64,000 bases of DNA from a virus. Shown one piece after another: positions 27,901 through 38,800 of the stretch. The notes under the pieces are model-generated. The model saw only the letters and a program-made list of their open reading frames with translations, did not search any database and was not told the DNA's origin. Numbering within the stretch: position 1 is the stretch's first letter; every line of letters starts with the position of its first letter. Location: IMG/VR virus record IMGVR_UViG_3300020183_000013, positions 64,001 to 128,000 of that record, one strand, 5' to 3'. A program made the position numbers and the translations under genes.

Positions 27901-30900
27901 TCACCATCTTCAAATGTAACAAATGCTATTGGAATTGCATCAACATCTTTTGCTGGAATTGGAACCACTTCCCTTCTTCCATCTACAGTTTATGCTATTA
28001 AAGTTGATGAGGCAAAGATTAAACTTGCTCGATCCGCACAAGATGCTTTATCTGAAGTAGCAATACCACTTAATTTCACAAGTGTTGGAATAGGAAGTAA
28101 GCATACACTCACTTCATCCAATCAAAACTCTAGGGTATTAATTAGTATTGATAATTTCATTCAATCACCTATAGTATCAACAGCAGTTACTACAAGTTTG
28201 GCATCAACTATTACAAGTTTTGATGCTAGATTGAATTTTGTTGGAATTACTTCATTCTATGGTGGTGATTTAATCAAGATTGGTAATGAAATAATGAAAA
28301 TCAACACCGTTGGTTTTGGTTCTACAACAGTTGTGTTGGTTGATAGACCTTGGATGGGAACTGTATCCGCAGCACACTCATCTGGATCTTTGATCACAAA
28401 AGTTAATGGTAATTACAATATTGTTAATAATAAGATTTATTTTGTAGACGCACCTGAAGGAAACACTCCAATAGGTTCTACAACAAATTCACCAAACGAG
28501 AGAGATTGGACTGGAATAACGACAAGTTCTAAATTCCATGGAAGATCCTTCATAAGGTCTGGAACTATAAATTCGACGGTTGATACTTATTCAACTAACT
28601 ACATTTTTGATGATATTTCTCATCAATTTATCGGAACAGTAGATGATTTTGATCTGAAGGTAAACTCACAAAATGTTACTGGAATTGCTACAGGTAACGC
28701 TATTGTTCTGATAAATGGAGTATTCCAAGAACCACAAGGTGATCAAATAGCAACCAAAGACTATATTATTCAGGAAACTGCAGGAATTACTAGTATTACA
28801 TTTACAGGTTCTCCCGCATCCGTCCTTTCGGATCCAAACAGTGCTAGTGTACCTATCGGAGGTGTTATCATCGCTGTAGGGTCTACAGGAGGTCTTGGAT
28901 ATCAACCTCTAGTATCTGCAGGAGCTACTGCAATAATATCTGGATTGGGTACTATCAGTTCCTTCGGAATTGGTACTATTGGTTCTGGATACAGAGGTTC
29001 ATCATCATACGAAATTGAAACTGTAGTAAACCATCCGATCGGAATTGGAAGCACTGTACTTTACATTGCAAACCAAAATGGAGTTTTTGGAAAACTTAAT
29101 TTCTCAACATCAAATTCAATTAGTGTCGGAGACATTAAGGCTGCAAACATTGTAAGTATTGGAGACACCTTTGTAAGAATTAATGTAGCATCTTCTTCTA
29201 CTGTAGGAGTTGGAACTTCCAATACCGCAGTTGTACGATTAAATTCCCCAACATCTGGTATTGTAAACATTGGCGTTCAAACTTCATATGGCAATAGAAA
29301 TTATGAGACGTTTATTGGATTTACCACGGTAACAAATGGGCACATTTCAACTAATATTGTAATTACAAATCCAGGAACAGGATTCACATCATCTCAACCT
29401 CCTATTGTTCTTATTGATTCACCATTACCTTATTCAAATATTCCACTAGTTTATAGTTCATCTTCACCTGGAAATGGAATTGGATCTGAAGCTAAGGTTG
29501 ATATTATTGTAGGTCAGGGTTCTAGTGTAATTAATTTTGAAATTACAAATACTGGTTATGCATATGGAAATACAGAACTTCTTACTGTTCCCGTTGGTGG
29601 ATTAACAGGAATTCCTACAAATCCAAACATTCCTTTCTCAGAATTTAGATTGAACATAGAAAGAGTTTTCTATGATGAGTTTGCTGGTTGGAACGTTGGT
29701 CAACTTCAAGTATTAGATAGTTTTGAAAGATTCTTTGATGGAACCAGAAAAGTGTTCCAGTTGAGATTAAATAACAGTCCAGTTACCATAAGAGCTAAAA
29801 AAGGATCTAATATTAGCGTAAGAGACACATTACTCATCTTTATTAATGATATTTTACAGGTTCCTGGTGAATCTTATCAATTCAATGGAGGTAGTTTTAT
29901 TACCTTTACTGAGGCTCCAAAAGGACCTGTTGAAAATATTCCAAATTCTGGTGACAAGTGTAAGGTAGTTTTCTATAGAGGAACATCGCAGGTTGACGTT
30001 GTTGACGTTGATATAGTTGAAACTATAAAAGAAGGTGATGATTTAACTATTGTTAAAAATAAAAATACCTGTGCAAATTCCACAACTCAGGAGGAAAGAG
30101 TAGTAACTCTTGTTGAATCTACAGATTCTGTTTACACTACTCCATATAATGGTGTTGGAATATCAAATGATCCAAACTGCTTAAGACCAGTTACTTGGTG
30201 TAAGCAAACTAGTGATTTAATTATTAATGGAAAGATAGTAAGTAAAGCAAGATCTTTATACGAACCTCTTGTAAATCCAACCACAAATATCATTCAATCA
30301 GTTGGTTCAGCATCAACTCAAATATTTGTAGAGAGTGTAAAAACTTTCTTTGATCCAAATAATGAAGTTCCAGGAAACGTTAAACAAAAGACTATAGAAC
30401 TTATATCACAAGAAGATTTGGTTGGAGCTGCTGCAACTGCTTCAGTTTCTATTGCTGGAACTATAACTAACATTTATATTTCGAATGGTGGTGTAGGATA
30501 TAGCACATCTCCAGATGTTGTTATTTCTTCACCAATAGGAATTGGAACTACAGCAATCGTAACCTCAGTTATAAGTGGAGGATCAGTAACCTCAATTTCT
30601 ATTGTTAATGCTGGAACGGGTTATTCTTCAATTGATCCCCCATCAATTTTAATTGCTCCACCAACCATAAAACTAGAAAAGAATGTTGTTTCAAGTTATG
30701 AAGGTGATTTTGGTGTTATAGTTGGTGTAACAACAACATCTGTAGGAGTTGCTTCAACTGGATTAGTTTTTGATCTGTTCATACCTTTAAATTCTTATAT
30801 TAGAAATTCCACAGTGACTGGATCAGGATCTACAAATATCAGTGGAATACAGACTGGATTCTACTTTACAGTTCATAACTCCAATGTAGGAAGTGGATTC

Positions 30901-31239
30901 ACCTCTCTATATCAAAATGGTTCCGTTCTTGGAATTGGAACTCAATGCTTAGATAATGTTTATGAGGTTGCCGCATCATCAATTGAGCAGAGAAACATCC
31001 AGGGAATAGGTTTAACAAATGTTAGAAGGGTCACTGTTAGTGTCTCATCTTTTGATTCCTTTGTCGGTTCATCTCTAACAAGTTTTTATGGAGAATATTC
31101 CTGGGGTAGAATCAACCTTGGTTCAAGATCTGATACCTTGGAATTTAATGCATATACCACAAATGGTTCTACTGGAATAAGTACATCTGCAATTGTTAGA
31201 AGAGTATTCCCGCTCAAGTCTTCTGATTATAACTCATAA
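18940..31239 (+). CDS. gp7: Giant baseplate wedge initiator gp7-like protein (4099 aa)
   Basis: Lies between gp6 and gp8; FYTSKGT..SF..LFRALY, DNEYYQDFSYSLKS, H..GF..FSDL; many GxGY beta repeats. Confidence 0.85.
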   Translation: MTENRVKVSSVVKNQLPSFVREDFPLVAEFLTQYYKSQEYQGAPKDLLENIDRYLKIDNLTNLVEETTLTQDISFFETDIRIDPTTIKGFPETNGLVKIDDEIILYSALSKSNPTFEYPDTLSGCSRGFSGVTSYEDSQKTDKLIFSQSEAQEHTLGTKVINLNVLFLKEFLKKVKKQFIPGFEDRLSSEINQNVFIKQSNDFYTSKGTDQSFELLFRALYGEDVQVIKPRDFLIKPSSAGYRVSLDLVTELVEGDPYQLLNQTLYQNEYSQYNIPKAYGSISKVEKVSFSEESYYKISLDYDYAKDINLRGSVFGTFSVHPKTTLTLETSIGSTFIDVDSTVGFPVSGTLIIRNSQGVEETVTYADKTNTQFLGVQGLSIAFEAGSPVTLDVYCFGYSKEDSSEVKLRVRSVLSDLKIEGDTYYFSPNEKIRIKSLGIISDDSKKNEWILNIPNRYESVRITSFIRRDEGRNEYIYNLRTPNENSINVGDRVTLTSNTIRGVTGTVIGIVDSNTFTTSFGQSLNQTIDYTLRKTISKAFSLKYPNISNYTTNVQNTYLNFKDEILVSSSSIPSYYSGIDPVSINAFNKSFVLQDGIYSEDTTLNLSTSNPNLSDHELYTGDSVYYSGPENQTFLGLNSGIYFVKRVDNTSIKLARSRSNLYEGEFVTFTGSISGNKLDYIDFYNKSLYPQNILREIKDPVDFGGGHETKPGSVGILVNGVEILNYKSQDSIFYGKLESIDVTSPGSNYDVINPPVLEISDPTGVGATGTCSVIGSLKRIDLKDPGFDYISKPVITITGGNGTGALAEVTLKDVEHNVFFNALSGINTNNNTIGFTTYHKFRNSERVIYNNYGQTAVSGLVTNSDYYVSVVDFNTIKLHSNQDDAIVGLNTISLSPGAGVQELKSYSSKKIIAGIEVINSGSGYCTKKRSIVGVNTAIDQININRHGYSSGEKVTYYSEGTSIEGLVPSTTYFVDVVDFNNFKLCEVGVGNTSEYFYYDSKKYVNLRSSGLGTQFFKYPEITVTVSGNIGITTLFNQDLSIFEAKIQPVFRGELESIDVVESGSSYGSSEIINFVKQPNFILKSGKNAELQPVVSNGSIVDVLVLSGGSEYNSPPDLVIRGDGYGAKLTPIISNGEIISVKIIRGGNNYTPGTSISVIPAGQGCNLNANIQKWTINVVEKNIHNIGADDGFLEVSSNKKEQLQYYHLYAPRKLRESVYSRSIDNLKVDTDIIKNNAGVEISSKNHSPIIGWAYDGNPIYGPYGYTEKSGGTVKLLTSGYVATLKANRPPEYVDGKLSYPLGFFIEDHDYIGNSDLDEHNGRFCVTPDYPNGTYAYFASIESLPSVGGVFNNYRKPKFPYLIGDSFKSKPNKFNFSAFSNQNSIDLNETDWFRNTSFLRTSYYDYIFNPNNFKNHNSTIISTSVGTIESVGILTGGVNYKVNNSVIFDNLNSGGVNANATVERVSGKTVSNISVGTTFITDVQLLPSRGGEIIAFTEYPHNLNNDNLTRISGINTSTSDIYGSYNIGVSSSFYILTQELANSATTGITTYIFVDGNISFPYLREDDILTIESEKVKVLNIDLAQSRIRVNREYNGTTGAAHTATTVIYNDSRTFTFTHNIKGQNNFEIDRKLYFNPIETVGLGTIAGVGIGTTLSFSNPGVGVTQKFIPTRTLYLPNHQLKTGDLLIYSSGNGSPISISTNGISTSSLTNLQTVYAAKFSDDLIGISTVKVYLNSSGNFVGVASTSNSILYFTGIGTGVYHSFTTVKNNVLKCLVSKNTVTVSTASTHNLNLKDNVKIDVNPSIGSTIIVKYDDYNRRILINPKSFLSSDIDLTENSIYLQNHDFKNGDKVVYTANSPSGGLENNRIYYVFSFTKDKIKLCEDRHKVFSENPIFVDITSATDGTLSPINPPIKLYKNSSVKFDLSDSSLSVVRNLQRYPAFEFNIFKDSEFNFLFDSSVQSNNFEVIRSTGRVGIDESASVTIRIKNTTPTTLYYDLTPLDNSITRNSDKFEKIIDKEVVNNNQITLLNSGYSGSYSVSGITSTTFSYDIQNVPEKSSYTTSEAFITYDTSSLTESGSITKIKVNNRGINYKVLPGISTVSTQNGSGAILEPQSRSIGKIISTKIDDIGFNYPTDFTLKPIVNVPEILKMEQLTSFEKIDVLTYGKNYLVPPRIIVLDGFRKNVVNDVILRFDFRSKELKIEKNTFGISNVDPIFIPVNNSNGVGIGSISFNPSTKNVTVKMGVGFSTDNTFPFEVGDRVLIENIGITTLGKGYNSSQYNYQLFTLTEVDQNIGGIGSVTYNLSDFLSDGEYPGIFDSEITSGRIIPEKDFPTFKAILKKNNFIIGEEVETTNGYNGVIESWNSNIELLKVSSDSDFKIGETVTGKTSNTQGIIRSKIDFDAYVNLDSSSLVSSGWEYETGILNNSTQRVHDNEYYQDFSYSLKSKVSYDVWDSAVDSLNHTSGFLKFSDLIVESSPSVSGSPIIAQNATETLVDIVEEVDTNCTFNFDLVTETSFSIASETLSNQILFNNKTLMDYSESIGNRVLLIDDISPQFNSTPRPTNFSVVGYSSVDSHYRKYFVHIRDKVFSKERQLMLISVLHDGSNIFSNQYAKVNTYRDLGSFDFKISGLDLQFLYYPIDFEVNDYNVSHVSYGLEDAFSGIGTVSLGDSVNIVTDSIEIQSGITTTVVGIASTYRSSKILVLVNDVDNNVYQSNELSVLFDGTDVNLLEYGQLSNDNLTSFGSPGIGTYVVYYDALSSLINVDFVPRVGLGASLIANTICVSISNTSSVGVGTTVLQTGDLNSTVTSIASTTAPVQVQISQFQSPHESSYCIVSIEDLTNNQYRMSEVVSITDDDNAYFVEYGIIETGSGIGTIGIGTTTSNKVNLYFTPNANTETQVRVFQNSLSLQDDEIELALIDLNNGEIESGYGEYTGIEKSVRKDFNLTHKGNQIFERTFVGSSSTTVDVATNTILIPNHFFVTGEKLTYTSPSSNVTNAIGIASTSFAGIGTTSLLPSTVYAIKVDEAKIKLARSAQDALSEVAIPLNFTSVGIGSKHTLTSSNQNSRVLISIDNFIQSPIVSTAVTTSLASTITSFDARLNFVGITSFYGGDLIKIGNEIMKINTVGFGSTTVVLVDRPWMGTVSAAHSSGSLITKVNGNYNIVNNKIYFVDAPEGNTPIGSTTNSPNERDWTGITTSSKFHGRSFIRSGTINSTVDTYSTNYIFDDISHQFIGTVDDFDLKVNSQNVTGIATGNAIVLINGVFQEPQGDQIATKDYIIQETAGITSITFTGSPASVLSDPNSASVPIGGVIIAVGSTGGLGYQPLVSAGATAIISGLGTISSFGIGTIGSGYRGSSSYEIETVVNHPIGIGSTVLYIANQNGVFGKLNFSTSNSISVGDIKAANIVSIGDTFVRINVASSSTVGVGTSNTAVVRLNSPTSGIVNIGVQTSYGNRNYETFIGFTTVTNGHISTNIVITNPGTGFTSSQPPIVLIDSPLPYSNIPLVYSSSSPGNGIGSEAKVDIIVGQGSSVINFEITNTGYAYGNTELLTVPVGGLTGIPTNPNIPFSEFRLNIERVFYDEFAGWNVGQLQVLDSFERFFDGTRKVFQLRLNNSPVTIRAKKGSNISVRDTLLIFINDILQVPGESYQFNGGSFITFTEAPKGPVENIPNSGDKCKVVFYRGTSQVDVVDVDIVETIKEGDDLTIVKNKNTCANSTTQEERVVTLVESTDSVYTTPYNGVGISNDPNCLRPVTWCKQTSDLIINGKIVSKARSLYEPLVNPTTNIIQSVGSASTQIFVESVKTFFDPNNEVPGNVKQKTIELISQEDLVGAAATASVSIAGTITNIYISNGGVGYSTSPDVVISSPIGIGTTAIVTSVISGGSVTSISIVNAGTGYSSIDPPSILIAPPTIKLEKNVVSSYEGDFGVIVGVTTTSVGVASTGLVFDLFIPLNSYIRNSTVTGSGSTNISGIQTGFYFTVHNSNVGSGFTSLYQNGSVLGIGTQCLDNVYEVAASSIEQRNIQGIGLTNVRRVTVSVSSFDSFVGSSLTSFYGEYSWGRINLGSRSDTLEFNAYTTNGSTGISTSAIVRRVFPLKSSDYNS

Positions 31240-31242
31240 ATA
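31235..31242 (+). promoter_or_regulatory. Late promoter
   Basis: CATAAATA upstream of gp8. Confidence 0.6.
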
Positions 31243-31258
31243 AAGAAAAAAACAAAAA

Positions 31259-32818
31259 ATGTCCGCTATAATCACTGACCAAATTCGTATATTAAATGCT
31301 AAAAATTTTGTAACTGGAGTTGGATCAGTTTCTAACTCCTACTATACTTTTATTGGACTTCCAAATCCAACTGATATTGATACAGAATGGAATGTGACGC
31401 CTCCATCTCCAATTGATAATGTTAATCAATTGAACGAATATTGGGACACTATGATTGGATTGAAAAGAGTAACTGGAGGAGATGTTACTCAAGTAGTTAG
31501 AAAAAATGTTTGGACTTCTGGACAAACATATAGTATGTACAGACACGATATCAGTGCGTTGGATCCAAACCCAACTGATAATGAAACAAATCTGTATAAT
31601 AGTAACTATTATGTTCTGAATAGTGATTATAGAGTTTATGTTTGCATTCATAATGGAGCATCCCCAGAAAACAATTTTGAGGGAAATCCATCTCTAGATG
31701 AACCAATTTTTACTGATCTAGAACCAAGATCTGCTGGTTCTAGTGGTGATGGTTATTTGTGGAAATACTTGTACACTATTAAACCTAGTGATCTGATTAA
31801 ATTTGAATCCACAAATTATGTGCCTGTTCCCAAAGATTGGGAAACAAATAATTTATATGCAACAGTAAGAGATAATGCATCAACTAGTGGACAACTCAAG
31901 GCAGTTATCATTCAGAATAGAGGAGTTGGTTTAGGAACAGCAAACGTATATACAAACGTTCCAATCAATGGTGATGGAAATGGTGCCACCGCTACAGTTG
32001 TAATTAATAATGAGGAAAAGGTAGAGTCTGTTACCATATCCAATGGAGGATCTGGATATACCTTTGGAACTCTAGACTTAGCATCTGGCAATGTTCCAAC
32101 TGGTTCAACATCTCCCGTTTTCAATATAATTATTCCTCCTTCAGGAGGTCACGGAAAAGATGTTTATAAAGAACTTGGTGCTTATAATGTTCTGATCTAT
32201 TCAAGAATTTCCAATAATACTCAGAATCCAGATTTTATAACTGGTAATGAAGTTGCTAGAATTGGAATTATAGAAAATCCAAAGTCTTATGGAAGTACAG
32301 AAGAACTTTTGAGTAGTGATCAGGCAAGTGCTGTTTATGCTTTAAGATTATCTGGTATTGGATATAGTTTTGCTAATTTTATTGCAGACACTGAAATAAC
32401 TCAAACTATTGGACTTGGTTCTACTGCTGTTGGTAGAGTAATTTCATATGATCAGTCTACAGGAGTATTGAAGTATTGGCAAGATAGGAATCTTGCTGGA
32501 TTTAACACAAATGGGACAAGAAACACTACTCCAAAATATGGATTTAAACTTCATAGATTTACTGCAACTCCAGGAACCGGAGGTTCTCTAACAATAGTTG
32601 GGGGAGATACAAGTGGATTATCCATTACAACTTCTTATACTGGCTTCACAACGGTAATAAATAATAGGACATATAATCTTGGGCAGTCTTTTGACAAGGG
32701 TGTATCAAATCCAGAGGTTCAAAAGTACACTGGAAACATAATTTATGTAGATAACAGACCTGCCATAACTAGATCATCAAATCAAAAAGAAGATATTAAA
32801 GTCATTTTGCAATTCTAA
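31259..32818 (+). CDS. gp8: Baseplate wedge subunit gp8
   Basis: MSAIITDQIRILNA, DGYLWKYLYTI, YVDNRPAITRSSNQKEDIK. Confidence 0.92.
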   Translation: MSAIITDQIRILNAKNFVTGVGSVSNSYYTFIGLPNPTDIDTEWNVTPPSPIDNVNQLNEYWDTMIGLKRVTGGDVTQVVRKNVWTSGQTYSMYRHDISALDPNPTDNETNLYNSNYYVLNSDYRVYVCIHNGASPENNFEGNPSLDEPIFTDLEPRSAGSSGDGYLWKYLYTIKPSDLIKFESTNYVPVPKDWETNNLYATVRDNASTSGQLKAVIIQNRGVGLGTANVYTNVPINGDGNGATATVVINNEEKVESVTISNGGSGYTFGTLDLASGNVPTGSTSPVFNIIIPPSGGHGKDVYKELGAYNVLIYSRISNNTQNPDFITGNEVARIGIIENPKSYGSTEELLSSDQASAVYALRLSGIGYSFANFIADTEITQTIGLGSTAVGRVISYDQSTGVLKYWQDRNLAGFNTNGTRNTTPKYGFKLHRFTATPGTGGSLTIVGGDTSGLSITTSYTGFTTVINNRTYNLGQSFDKGVSNPEVQKYTGNIIYVDNRPAITRSSNQKEDIKVILQF

Positions 32819-32824
32819 AGAATT

Positions 32825-35800
32825 ATGCCTCAACAAACTAATCTTAACGTCTCTCCATATTTTGATGACTTTCATCAACCAGATATTGGAGGAAAAGACA
32901 AGGGTTACTATAAGGTTTTATTCAAGCCAGGGTATCCTATTCAGGCAAGAGAATTAACGACTTTACAATCTTTAATTCAAAATCAAATTGAAAGATTTGG
33001 TGACCATATTTTTAAAGAAGGTGCCAAGGTAATTCCTGGTCAAACAACTTATATTGGCCAGTACAATGCCGTAGAAATCAATAATACATTTTTGGGGACT
33101 GAAGTATCTTCTTATATCTCATATTTAGTTGGAAAGAGAGTTCGTGGAGAGACATCTGGAGTAAGAGCTCAAGTAGAAAACTATTTGATTTCTGTAGATT
33201 CTGAAAGAGGAAATGCAACTCTGTATGTAAGTTATCTGAATTCTGGAACATCAGATAATGCAGTTTCATCTTTTGTAGATGGTGAAAATTTAATTCTTGA
33301 GGAGACTATTTCTCTCTCAAATATAATTTTACTAGAAAATGAACCCTTTGCGTCTACAATCCCTACTAATTCAACATCACTAGGATCTGCCTTTAAAGTT
33401 TCTGAAGGTGTTTATTACCTTAGAGGTTATTTTGTTGCTGTTGATACACAAACTATCATACTAGATCAGTATACCAATAAACCTGATTATAGAATTGGTT
33501 TTACTGTTTTAGAAGAAATTGTAACATCTGATGTAGATGAATATCTAACTGATAATGCACAGGGATTTAATAACTATGCAGCGCCTGGAGCAGATAGACT
33601 AAAAATAACAGCTGTATTAGACAAGAAAGGTTTAGACGAATTAAACGTAGATAATTTTATAGAAATTGCTCAGATTCAAAGAGGTGTCGTTAGGAATGTA
33701 CCTAATGATACTCAATATAACCTTATTAACGATAAGTTTGCAAAGAGAACTTTTGAAGAATCTGGTGATTATTATGTTCAAAGATTTGATGTTACCTGCA
33801 CAGAGTCGTTAGATGATGGTCTTGGAAATAATGGAATTTATAAAGAAGGATCTTTAACGTATCAAGGAAATGTACCTTCGGAAGATCTTTTAGTATATAA
33901 AGTATCCCCAGGAAAAGCATATATTAGGGGATATGAAGTTGAAGTTCAAGCTCCAACATTTTTAGATGCTCCAAAACCAAGAACTAAAAAGAGTTCAGGA
34001 ACTCAATCTTTACAATATTCAACTGGACCAACTTTAAAGTTAAACAAAGTTTTTGGTGGTCCAACTATTGGTGTCGGAAATACTTATTTTGTAGAATTGA
34101 GAAGTGATAGAATAGGAGTTGATTCATCAGTAGGTGCTGGTGATACCATTGGAATCGCAAGAGTTTTTGATTATGCGTTGGAAAGTGGATCTTATAATGC
34201 TTCAAACTTAGCATTAAATGAGTGGGAAATTTCTCTATATGATATCCAATCATTCACAAAAGTCACTCTGAATGAGCCAATCACCTTAAGCGTTCCAACT
34301 TATGTTGAAGGAAAGGCAAGTGGCGCTGTTGGTTATCTATATCAGAATGTATCAAACTCAAAATCTTTAAATCTATACAATGTTAATGGTGAATTTTTCG
34401 ATAATGAGAGTTTTAGATTCAATGGAATAGAAAAATCTCATATTTCTGTTGCAACTACTTCTTATGGACTGAAAGACGTTAGATCAATTCGTGGTGTAAA
34501 CTCATCAGGAAAAGTTTTTAGCGGTGACTGCATCCCATCAGATTTTCTTGTTGTTGGTATTGCATCTATTAGTGCAGCAACTCCAGCAGGAATCAGTACA
34601 GTTACAATTCCAAGTCTAAATTATGTCAATAGTTTCCAAGTCGGAAATTATGTAAAATTTACAAATACTAGCAATACGAGAGGATTACCCAACTTTGCAA
34701 AAGTTGATAGTATAATTAGCGATACTCAAGCAACTAAATTAACTATTTCTGGAATAACAACTGTAACAGGAGTATGTGAAGGATTTCCTCCAACATCAAA
34801 TATATCCGTTTCAGATTTTACTCTGATTGGAACAAAATTAGATGCTTCATCTGATAATACTTTATTTACAGCACTATCAAATCAAAATGTTTCTAACGTT
34901 GATTTAACAGAGTCAAATCTGGTAATTAGAAAAAATCAAACTGTCAATATTACAAGTAATTCTACTGATATTTTAACTGCAGGAACAAATGAAACATTCT
35001 TACCTTTTGATGAGGAAAGATATTCTTTAGTTAGATCAGATGGTATTATTGAACCACTTGGAGCAGAAAAATTTGAAAGATCTGCAGATGGAAAGACTAT
35101 TAAATTCTATAATTTATCAGTTGCATCAGATACGGGGGCTAATTTAATTACTACTCTGAAGAAAATAAATGTAACTTCAAAAATTAAGAGAAAAAATAGA
35201 GTTAATACTTTAATTGTAAGCAAATCAAATTTAAGTTCTTCTGGAATTGGAACTACAACCAGAAATGATGGTCTTGATTATGGGGCAGGATTATATCCAT
35301 ACGGAACAAGAGTTCAAGACAAAGAGATCTGTTTGAACGTTCCAGATATTATTGGTGTTTATGGTATCTTTGAATCATATGATACTTCTGACCCATCTGC
35401 GCCTAGGGTTGTTCTTTCATCCCTAACAACACCTTCCACAAAGAATACAGAACTCATTATTGGAGAAAAATTTGTCGGACAAACAAGCGGTGCTCAAGCT
35501 ATTTGTGCCGAAAAAATTACAGGAAGTGACAATGAAATATCTTTTATTTACCTGAACGATCTTTCATTTATCCCAGATGAAGTAGTTAAATTTGAAGAAT
35601 CTGGTTATGGTGGTGTAGTATCATCTATTAATATCTCCAGCAAAAATATAACAAAATCATATACATTTGATAATGGTCAAAAAGAAACATTCTATGATTA
35701 TGGAAAAATTATCAGAACTGAAGATTCTTTAGAACCACAAAAGAAAATTAAGGTATATTTTGAAAATGCATATTTTGATACTCAAGACACTGGTGATATC

Positions 35801-38800
35801 ACTACAGCAAATTCATACGAACTGTTTGATTATCGCACAGAAGTTCCATACTTTAACGGAATCAGAAGCACTGATATTCTTGATATAAGACCAAGAGTTT
35901 CTGATTATACGGTTTCCTCTGGAGCAAGATCACCATTTGAGTTTAATGGTAGAGTATTTACACAAACAGGTAATAGCTCGACAAATATCCTTGCTTCTGA
36001 CGAAGATATTACTTTATCTTATGATTATTATCTACCAAGAATAGATAGAATTTTCCTATCACGAGATGGTAAATTTAGTATTCAACAAGGAATTCCTGAC
36101 GATATTCCAAATTCTCCCCAATCGGTTGATGAATCATTAGAAATTGCAAAGATTGCACTTCCACCATTCTTATACGAGACTAAAAAAGCAACTGTTACAT
36201 CTTTCTCGTATAAGAGATATCAAATGTCTGATATCGCAAAACTTGAGACCAGAATTAAAAATCTTGAGTATTACTCAACTCTTTCTTTACTAGAAACTGA
36301 TACCTCTAACTTGTTTATTTCTGATGCAAATGGGTTAAATAGATTTAAATCTGGATTCTTTGTTGACAATTTTTCATCTCTTGCAACTCAAGAAACGAGA
36401 ATAGGAATTAGAAATTCTATTGATCCTTTCAGAGGAGAGTTGAGACCTTCTCACTATACAAATGCTATTGATCTTTTAATTGGAACTAAAGGTACAGTAG
36501 GTTTAGGTGTTACTTCAAACGAAGATTTTGTAAATCTTAGAAAAGAAGATATCCAAGGAACTAATATAACAAAAGTTGGAGATATTATTTGTTTAGATTA
36601 TTCTGAAGTTGAATGGTTGAATCAACCATATGCAACTAGAGTCGAAAACGTAACTCCATATATTATTTCTTTCTGGGAAGGAACAATTGAATTAAATCCA
36701 TCTTCAGATATTTGGATTGATACTGTAAGAATTGAACCAAAGACGATTCAAATTGAAGGTGACTACTTAGCTACACTAAACCAACTTTCTCAGACAGCGG
36801 GAGTAAACCCACAAACAGGTATTGGACCTGTAATTTGGGGATCTTGGACTACTCTTGGTTTTGGAACCCCACGTTGGGTTGATGCGCGGCCCGCTTCTCA
36901 AGGAGGAACTCCAGAATCAATAGCAACACTTGCTAGATTTGGTGGTTGGGGTCCAGGTGTTGGACCTGGAGGAACTTTGTTAGGTCCAAAACAGTGGATT
37001 GGTGCTAGCGATGAATTTAATCGAAATGGAACAATACCTACTGGGGGACTATATGTTCAAGTTGTTGATGCAATCAGACAGAGAGTTGGAACACAAACTA
37101 TAGTAAGAGAAGTTTTTGAATCAAAATCTCTTGGTGATGCTGTGGTTTCTGTTGATCTCATTCCATATATGAGATCGAGAAATGTTCAATTTACCGCAAA
37201 GAGATTTAGACCAAATTCTCGTGTTTATGCATTCTTTGATGGTAGAGACGTAAACGATCTTTGTTTCTCCAAACTTCTACAAATTACAATGTCATCTGGA
37301 ACTTTCCAGATTGGAGAAACTGTAGTTGCATATCCTGCTAATGTAAATCTAAACACACAACCATCTACTAATTCTGAGATTAGATTTAGAGTAGCAAAAT
37401 CAAATCACAAGTACGGCCCCTTTAATGATCCATCTGACATATACACAACAAATCCATACAATACAAATCAAACAATACCTGCGACATATTCTTCAACTTC
37501 AACAATTTTAAACATTGATACCGCTTCTCTAGCAACACAATCACAAGGTCAATACTTTGGAATTGTAAAGACTGGATATAACTTAAAAGGTCTCATTAGT
37601 GGTGCAACAGCAACAGTTGTAAATACTCAACTAGTGACTGATAATATTGGAACAATTATTGGATCTTTCTTCATTCCAAATCCAAATGTTACATCAAATC
37701 CAAAATTTGATGTAGGACTGAAAACCTTCAAACTTACAAGTATTGCAAACAATAATCCAATACCAGGAGAAGCACTCAGTAGTGGTGAAGAGAAGTTCTT
37801 ATCTACAGGAACTGTCCAGACTGTACAAGAAAAAATTGTTTCAGTAAGAAATGCTAGAGTTGAAACAACCACAACAACTCAAACTGAGACTTCAGGAGCA
37901 TTTACTGGTCTATACATTGACCCACTAGCGCAATCATTTGCTTGTGATGATGTAACTGGTGTTTTCTTAACCAAAGTAGATGTTTACTTTAAAACAAAAG
38001 ATTCCCAGTTACCAGTAACTTGTCAAATTAGAACTGTGGAGTTAGGAACTCCAACAAGAACAGTTCTGCCATTCAGTGAAGTTGTTTTAGAACCTGACAA
38101 AGTTAATCTATCTAATGATGGTTCTGTTGCAACAACATTCACCTTTGAGTCTCCCGTTTACTTGGAAGGAAGGCAAGAATATGCAATTGTTCTTCTTTCA
38201 AACTCAACTTCATATACTGTTTGGATTTCTAGACTTGGAGAAGTTGATATTAGGACTGCTAGCGGTCCAGAATCATCTCAAGTAATTGTATCAACGCAAC
38301 CTACTCTTGGATCACTATTTAAATCACAAAACGCATCTACCTGGACTCCAAGCCAGTTTGAAGATCTGAAGTTTAAACTATACAGAGCTGAATTTGTAAC
38401 TACTCCAGGAACAGTTAATTTCTATAATCCAATTCTAAATGAAGGAAATGCACAAATTCCTACATTAACTAGAAATCCACTAGATTTAATTTCTTGTAAG
38501 GTTAGAGTCGGATTGGGATCTACTATTCAAGACTCCAGTTTAACTATTGGAAATAGAATTTTACAACCAAGCACTAATGCTACTGGTGTTTATGTCGGTG
38601 CCGTTGGTCTTGCCACCAATCTTTCTATTATCAATGCAGGTGTTGGATATACTCCAGCAACTGATGGAATAACTTATACCAATGCTTCTCTAACATCTGT
38701 AACTGGTAGTGGAAGAAACGCTACGGCCAATATTACCATTGTAAATGGTGTTGCGGTTGCAGCAACTATAAACAGCAGTGGTAGTGGATATCAAGTTGGT

